This document shows positions 28,462 through 32,272 of a stretch of DNA of 32,272 bases, piece after piece. Each line of letters opens with the position of its first letter. Position 1 is the stretch's first letter. Origin of the DNA: a virus (Duplodnaviria; Heunggongvirae; Uroviricota; Caudoviricetes); the IMG/VR virus record IMGVR_UViG_2778261667_000010, positions 1 to 32,272 of that record; one strand, given 5' to 3'. The notes under the pieces were generated by a model. That model was not told the DNA's origin. It was given only the letters and a program-made list of their open reading frames with translations, and ran no database searches. The position numbers were made by a program, and so were the translations under genes.

Positions 28462-28726
28462 ATGAGCCAAAAGCCTCAGAACAACGCTTGCTGAGTTGCT
28501 CAACCTGCGCGTTTAAATCAGCAAAAGACTTTGCGCTTCCGGTCAGAATATCGTGATGCATCAGGCCGGAAACGAGCTGGCTTAATTTCGGGTAATAACC
28601 AACCACCGCCAGCCATTCCTGACCGACATTTTTACCGCTTTCCGCTCTCTTTTTCTCGTGGAGAATAAACTGAAAGCTGTCACTGGTAACGACATAACGT
28701 TCGCCAATTTCAATACGAATACTCAT
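28451..28726 (-). CDS. small early-operon protein (91 aa), orf83-like
   Basis: ATG at 28724-28726, ATGA overlap with upstream ORF; position immediately upstream of A. Confidence 0.7.
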   Translation of the reverse strand: MSIRIEIGERYVVTSDSFQFILHEKKRAESGKNVGQEWLAVVGYYPKLSQLVSGLMHHDILTGSAKSFADLNAQVEQLSKRCSEAFGSYGR

Positions 28727-28947
28727 GCCATTCTCCGGTAATGCTTGTTTTTTGCTTCAAAGACTGACTGACAGGAAACACAACGCGTGGCTGACGGGTA
28801 AGCCGCACGACGGGCAGCAGGTATTGGCGCGTCACACTCTTCGCAAACCAGCGCAGAAGCACCGCAATGTTTTACCCTTGCCGCGTTAATCTGGCGCTCC
28901 AGTAATTCAGCTTGTTGTTCCTGAATAAAATCTACGTTGTCCGGCAT
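28723..28947 (-). CDS. DksA/TraR-family C4 zinc-finger protein (74 aa)
   Basis: CEECDAPIPAARRAAYPSATRCVSC fits the DksA/TraR signature C-[DES]-x-C-x3-I-x3-R-x4-P-x4-C-x2-C; translationally coupled overlaps at both ends. Confidence 0.8.
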   Translation of the reverse strand: MPDNVDFIQEQQAELLERQINAARVKHCGASALVCEECDAPIPAARRAAYPSATRCVSCQSVFEAKNKHYRRMA

Positions 28948-29237
28948 TACCAGTTCCTTTTGTCGTTCAGTTTCTTAAATTCATCAGCGCAATAGCTGGT
29001 GACTTCTGTCGTTAATTTTGTCAGTTCATCCACGGAGGAAATTTGCTTATGAAATACAGCGCGTTTAACAAGTAAATTGACCACATCAGACAGGAGATTT
29101 AATTTATCCGCATAAATGGCTATAGTTGATTCAACCATATCCCCAGTGTTTTTATCGCGTTTAATATCAGCTAGAGACAAATCACCATTTTTCATAACTG
29201 AAATCTTCAGCCAGTTATTAAGCAATATATTTTTCAT
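28947..29237 (-). CDS. hypothetical early-operon protein (96 aa), AT-rich
   Basis: ATG at 29235-29237, ATGA overlaps both neighbours; AT-rich, Lys/Asn/Leu-rich product; no motif recognised. Confidence 0.6.
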   Translation of the reverse strand: MKNILLNNWLKISVMKNGDLSLADIKRDKNTGDMVESTIAIYADKLNLLSDVVNLLVKRAVFHKQISSVDELTKLTTEVTSYCADEFKKLNDKRNW

Positions 29238-29479
29238 TCGCTATATGCCCTCTCCGCAGAATCAATCATTTCCCGGCCATTATCGGTAATACAGAAACCT
29301 TCTCTTGATTTGGTCACAAGCCCCCATTTCCCCATTGCTATAAATGCTTTTTCCACACGACTAGGCCAGGAGCGGAAGACATCGCTTGATGGATGTAGTG
29401 GAGTCTTGTCATCTAATTTTTTAAGTAATGAAAGTTGATAATCTGTTAAGCGTTTCCTGAACCATTTTGTATTTGTCAT
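29234..29479 (-). CDS. hypothetical early-operon protein (81 aa)
   Basis: ATG at 29477-29479 (the track start is a TTG extension); overlaps the downstream ORF. Confidence 0.6.
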   Translation of the reverse strand: MTNTKWFRKRLTDYQLSLLKKLDDKTPLHPSSDVFRSWPSRVEKAFIAMGKWGLVTKSREGFCITDNGREMIDSAERAYSE

Positions 29480-29493
29480 CTCCAACTTTCCTG

Positions 29494-29706
29494 TTATTTA
29501 TTGAGTCCTAGATTATGGAATTTGGCAGACTCCTGACTGAGCAACTCGACTATCTCCACGCGGGATAACTCCGCCTTTGTGATGTGGCGAATCATGGCAT
29601 CAAGATGAGACGAAAAGCGCGTTGCTGCGTCGGCCTGTGCTTCGGTTCTGGCCTGTTGCAGCATTAATGCGTATTTACCGCACTGATTTTCAGAAACTGT
29701 ATGCAT
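29494..29706 (-). CDS. hypothetical early-operon protein (about 70 aa), orf80-like
   Basis: ATG at 29704-29706 with GGAG upstream; the track ORF starts at an upstream GTG. Confidence 0.55.
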   Translation of the reverse strand: MHTVSENQCGKYALMLQQARTEAQADAATRFSSHLDAMIRHITKAELSRVEIVELLSQESAKFHNLGLNK

Positions 29707-29768
29707 GACTTTCTCCAGGCAAAAAGAAGCCCGCACGATTAAGTGCGTTAAAAACTCTGGTTAATTAC

Positions 29769-30269
29769 TTAATGCAGATATTGCTCTGGTTTTACCGATG
29801 TCAGAATTGTCGGTGCATACTCAAACAGACTGAATAATTCACGTAATGCACGGAATAAAGCATCACGCCAGTAACATGATTCTTCATTAATTCGCCAGTA
29901 CGGCTGGTTAAATTCTTTTTCTGTCAGTCGTGCGTGCATAAATAAAGTGCGACGCTGACTTACTGTTAAAAAACTAATATATGCATACTCACTTGCGCCA
30001 ACCTGACGGCGTTTTGAGAATGCCCCACGCAATTCATCAATTGCACAAACCAGCCGTTCACGTTCGACGTCGTTCATTTCTTCAAAACGCATCGTTGCGT
30101 GACGCTGTTTTAACTGCGCATGGAAGCAAACCGTTAGCCGTTCGCGTTCCATCATCTGATTATAATAATCGCATGTCTCCTGCCAGCGAGGGACGGCCAG
30201 ATGCTTACCAATTATCCGGCGCATAGCTGCTGGCTGTTTTTCAACGAGATTGAGCGTCATCACTGTCAT
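29769..30269 (-). CDS. B: replication protein gpB (166 aa)
   Basis: Length and synteny match P2 B. Confidence 0.85.
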   Translation of the reverse strand: MTVMTLNLVEKQPAAMRRIIGKHLAVPRWQETCDYYNQMMERERLTVCFHAQLKQRHATMRFEEMNDVERERLVCAIDELRGAFSKRRQVGASEYAYISFLTVSQRRTLFMHARLTEKEFNQPYWRINEESCYWRDALFRALRELFSLFEYAPTILTSVKPEQYLH

Positions 30270-30436
30270 TTCCAGACCCTCCGGCTTTTCAGAAAGGTCA
30301 GAGCCTTTTTTAACGGACTCTGTTTTTTGGTGCGGATAATGATTCCCTTACGCCCCTTACCATGGGTGATGGTGAAGTCAATCGCCCTGGGGCTTTCGTT
30401 ACGCAATAACTGAGCAATACAACAAGGCTCATTCAT
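30266..30436 (-). CDS. small early protein (56 aa), orf78-like
   Basis: ATG at 30434-30436 preceded by AAGGAG; the track ORF begins at an upstream GTG. Confidence 0.6.
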   Translation of the reverse strand: MNEPCCIAQLLRNESPRAIDFTITHGKGRKGIIIRTKKQSPLKKALTFLKSRRVWK

Positions 30437-30446
30437 ACGGTTCTCC

Positions 30447-30722
30447 TTAACGTGGTTCACCGAGACCTAACCACATCAACCAGCCGTCACGAATCTCTTT
30501 AGGACGGCTTTCATAAGCCAGTTTTAGTCCGTTATTCCATGCCGGAAGGTATACCCAATATTCACCAGCACGCCCCGATACTGACTGAGGGTCAGTAATC
30601 TCAATAACTGGTAATTTCCCTTTCTCAATCATGCCCCTTACAGCTCTTGGAGTTTTACCAATGAGTTTTGCAAACTCCTGATAAGGCACGGCATCAGTCA
30701 CGCTTACAAGCTGTCTATTCAT
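30447..30722 (-). CDS. cox: Cox, excisionase and early/lysogenic switch regulator (91 aa)
   Basis: ...DPQSVSGRAGEYWVYLPAWNNGLKLAYESRPKEIRDGWLMWLGLGEPR recognised as P2 Cox family; first gene of the early operon, divergent from C. Confidence 0.9.
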   Translation of the reverse strand: MNRQLVSVTDAVPYQEFAKLIGKTPRAVRGMIEKGKLPVIEITDPQSVSGRAGEYWVYLPAWNNGLKLAYESRPKEIRDGWLMWLGLGEPR

Positions 30723-30843
30723 CTGCTACGATTCTCCCTTAGTGCTTCTAATGGCTCCTAATGGCTAATTATTGCCTAAAAGGATAACTCCAGAAGCACA
30801 ACATTTCACACCATCAGCAAGAAATTACGCAATCGGAGTAATT
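30723..30843. promoter_or_regulatory. immunity switch region (Pe/Pc) with direct-repeat operator CTAATGGCT x2
   Basis: CTAATGGCT at 30748-30756 and 30758-30766 (10-bp register) between divergent cox and C starts; P2 C is known to bind direct repeats spanning the early promoter. Confidence 0.5.
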
Positions 30844-31143
30844 ATGTCAATAGACGTTTCGGAGAAGTTGAAGCTAATCCGTGAATCTGAAAGGTTAAAC
30901 CGTAAAGAATTCAGTGAATTAACTGGTGTAGCCTACAGCTCACTTTCGAGCTATGAGAGCCGGTCAAAAAACGCTGGAGTTGAAGCCATAATGAAGGTCT
31001 TACAACATCCTAGATTTACTAAATATACTTTGTGGTTCATGACTGATCAGGTAGCTCCAGAAGCCGGGCAAATTGCGCCCGCTCTCGCACACTTTGGGCA
31101 AAACGAAACAACGTCGCCCCACTCCGGTCAAAAGACTGGTTAA
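30844..31143 (+). CDS. C: immunity repressor C (99 aa)
   Basis: ATG at 30844; C-terminus ...FTKYTLWFMTDQVAPEAGQIAPALAHFGQNETTSPHSGQKTG is P2 C-like; the track ORF is a TTG-initiated extension. Confidence 0.85.
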   Translation: MSIDVSEKLKLIRESERLNRKEFSELTGVAYSSLSSYESRSKNAGVEAIMKVLQHPRFTKYTLWFMTDQVAPEAGQIAPALAHFGQNETTSPHSGQKTG

Positions 31144-31258
31144 CAATTTATCGTGAATATATTCATCACAAGTGCCTACTATTGGTGGCTAAATTTCAGC
31201 CACCACGAAAAAAGCGATTAGTAGTAGCAAAAAAAAGTACCACTCGGAGGGTTTTCTG

Positions 31259-32272
31259 ATGGCAATCAAAAAACTCGATGATGGTCGATATGAAGTGGAC
31301 ATCCGCCCTACTGGACGTAATGGAAAACGCATCCGTAGGAAGTTTGATAAGAAAAGCGAAGCTGTCGCTTTCGAAAAATACACGTTGTACAACCACCACA
31401 ATAAAGAATGGCTATCAAAACCAACAGACAAACGACGTCTGTCGGAACTGACACAGATCTGGTGGGATTTAAAGGGTAAACACGAAGAGCATGGGAAATC
31501 TAATCTTGGAAAAATTGAAATCTTCACAAAAATAACGAATGACCCATGCGCATTTCAAATCACGAAATCCCTTATCAGCCAGTACTGCGCCACCCGAAGA
31601 AGTCAGGGTATTAAACCTTCGAGTATCAATCGTGATTTAACATGTATTAGCGGCATGTTTACAGCCCTGATTGAAGCGGAGTTATTCTTTGGTGAGCACC
31701 CTATCAGAGGGACAAAGAGGCTTAAGGAGGAAAAACCAGAAACAGGCTATCTCACACAGGAAGAAATTGCCTTACTGCTTGCAGCACTTGACGGCGACAA
31801 TAAAAAGATTGCGATTCTTTGCCTGAGTACAGGAGCACGTTGGGGAGAAGCAGCTCGTTTGAAAGCAGAAAATATCATCCATAACCGCGTCACGTTTGTT
31901 AAAACGAAAACAAACAAACCACGCACCGTCCCGATCTCAGAGGCTGTTGCCAAAATGATCGCGGATAACAAACGAGGTTTTTTATTCCCTGATGCTGATT
32001 ACCCTCGCTTCAGACGAACAATGAAAGCAATAAAACCGGATTTGCCAACGGGGCAAGCCACACATGCACTAAGGCACAGCTTTGCCACTCATTTCATGAT
32101 TAATGGAGGAAATATTATCACGCTACAACGGATACTAGGTCACACGCGGATTGAGCAAACTATGGTTTACGCTCATTTTGCGCCAGAGTACCTTCAGGAC
32201 GCCATTTCTCTTAATCCGCTAAGAGGTGGTACTGAGGCCGAGAGTGTCCACACAGTGTCCACAGTAGAGTAA
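31259..32272 (+). CDS. int: tyrosine integrase Int (337 aa)
   Basis: 337 aa, RBS GGAGGG upstream; C-terminal catalytic region with HALRHSFATH...TLQRILGHTRIEQTMVYAHF; stop is the last codon of the window. Confidence 0.9.
   Translation: MAIKKLDDGRYEVDIRPTGRNGKRIRRKFDKKSEAVAFEKYTLYNHHNKEWLSKPTDKRRLSELTQIWWDLKGKHEEHGKSNLGKIEIFTKITNDPCAFQITKSLISQYCATRRSQGIKPSSINRDLTCISGMFTALIEAELFFGEHPIRGTKRLKEEKPETGYLTQEEIALLLAALDGDNKKIAILCLSTGARWGEAARLKAENIIHNRVTFVKTKTNKPRTVPISEAVAKMIADNKRGFLFPDADYPRFRRTMKAIKPDLPTGQATHALRHSFATHFMINGGNIITLQRILGHTRIEQTMVYAHFAPEYLQDAISLNPLRGGTEAESVHTVSTVE

Larger units (their letters stand above)
1507..32272. mobile_element. P2-like temperate prophage (Peduovirus), from att core to the int stop; far junction lies beyond the window
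   Basis: Complete syntenic P2 gene set with P2-like protein lengths (ogr through int), cos site, int adjacent to window end. Confidence 0.95.

Noticed and set aside
26182-28503. ORF-track N-terminal extensions (A as 773 aa; also ogr 93 aa, P 600 aa, O 306 aa, L 189 aa, X 90 aa, C 123 aa)
   Set aside because: The extended starts fall on TTG/GTG/CAA-type codons or lack an RBS; internal ATG starts give the canonical P2 lengths and were used instead.
31183-31205. 8-bp stem-loop (TGGTGGCT...AGCCACCA) between C and int, considered as a terminator
   Set aside because: No U-tract follows, and C and int are expected to be co-transcribed; more likely an mRNA structure affecting int translation, which is not verifiable here.
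1-32272. CRISPR arrays, tRNA or rRNA genes
   Set aside because: No repeat-spacer periodicity and no tRNA-like sequence seen; the only RNA gene recognised is CyaR.

Overview
The window holds the end of an Escherichia-type chromosomal locus (yegQ/trhP and the CRP-dependent sRNA gene cyaR) followed by an almost complete P2-like (Peduovirus) prophage integrated into the 3' end of cyaR. The 27-bp P2 att core lies at 1507-1533; the window ends at the int stop codon, so the other junction is outside it. Gene order from the junction is ogr, D-U-T-E/E'-FII-FI, G-H-I-J-W-V, S-R-lysC/B/A-K-Y-X-L-M-N-O, then P-Q on the opposite strand, cos, a cargo locus, and A, small early ORFs, B, orf78, cox, C, int. 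All identifications rest on reading the translations and on recalled P2 protein lengths and sequences; no searches were run. The main find is in the cos-to-A interval, where P2 itself carries tin/old and where P2-like phages are known to carry anti-phage cargo. Here that interval holds a single AT-rich 827-aa ORF (23458-25941) with its own RBS and terminator. It encodes SF2 helicase motifs followed by a C-terminal PD-(D/E)xK-like nuclease motif, making it a candidate single-protein helicase-nuclease defence gene. Other points: a 10-bp-phased ATGCAA triple repeat upstream of the cargo gene, an empty Z/fun site, an elongated mosaic tail fibre H with three internal repeats, the E/E' frameshift, and AT-rich small early ORFs including a TraR/DksA-type zinc finger.
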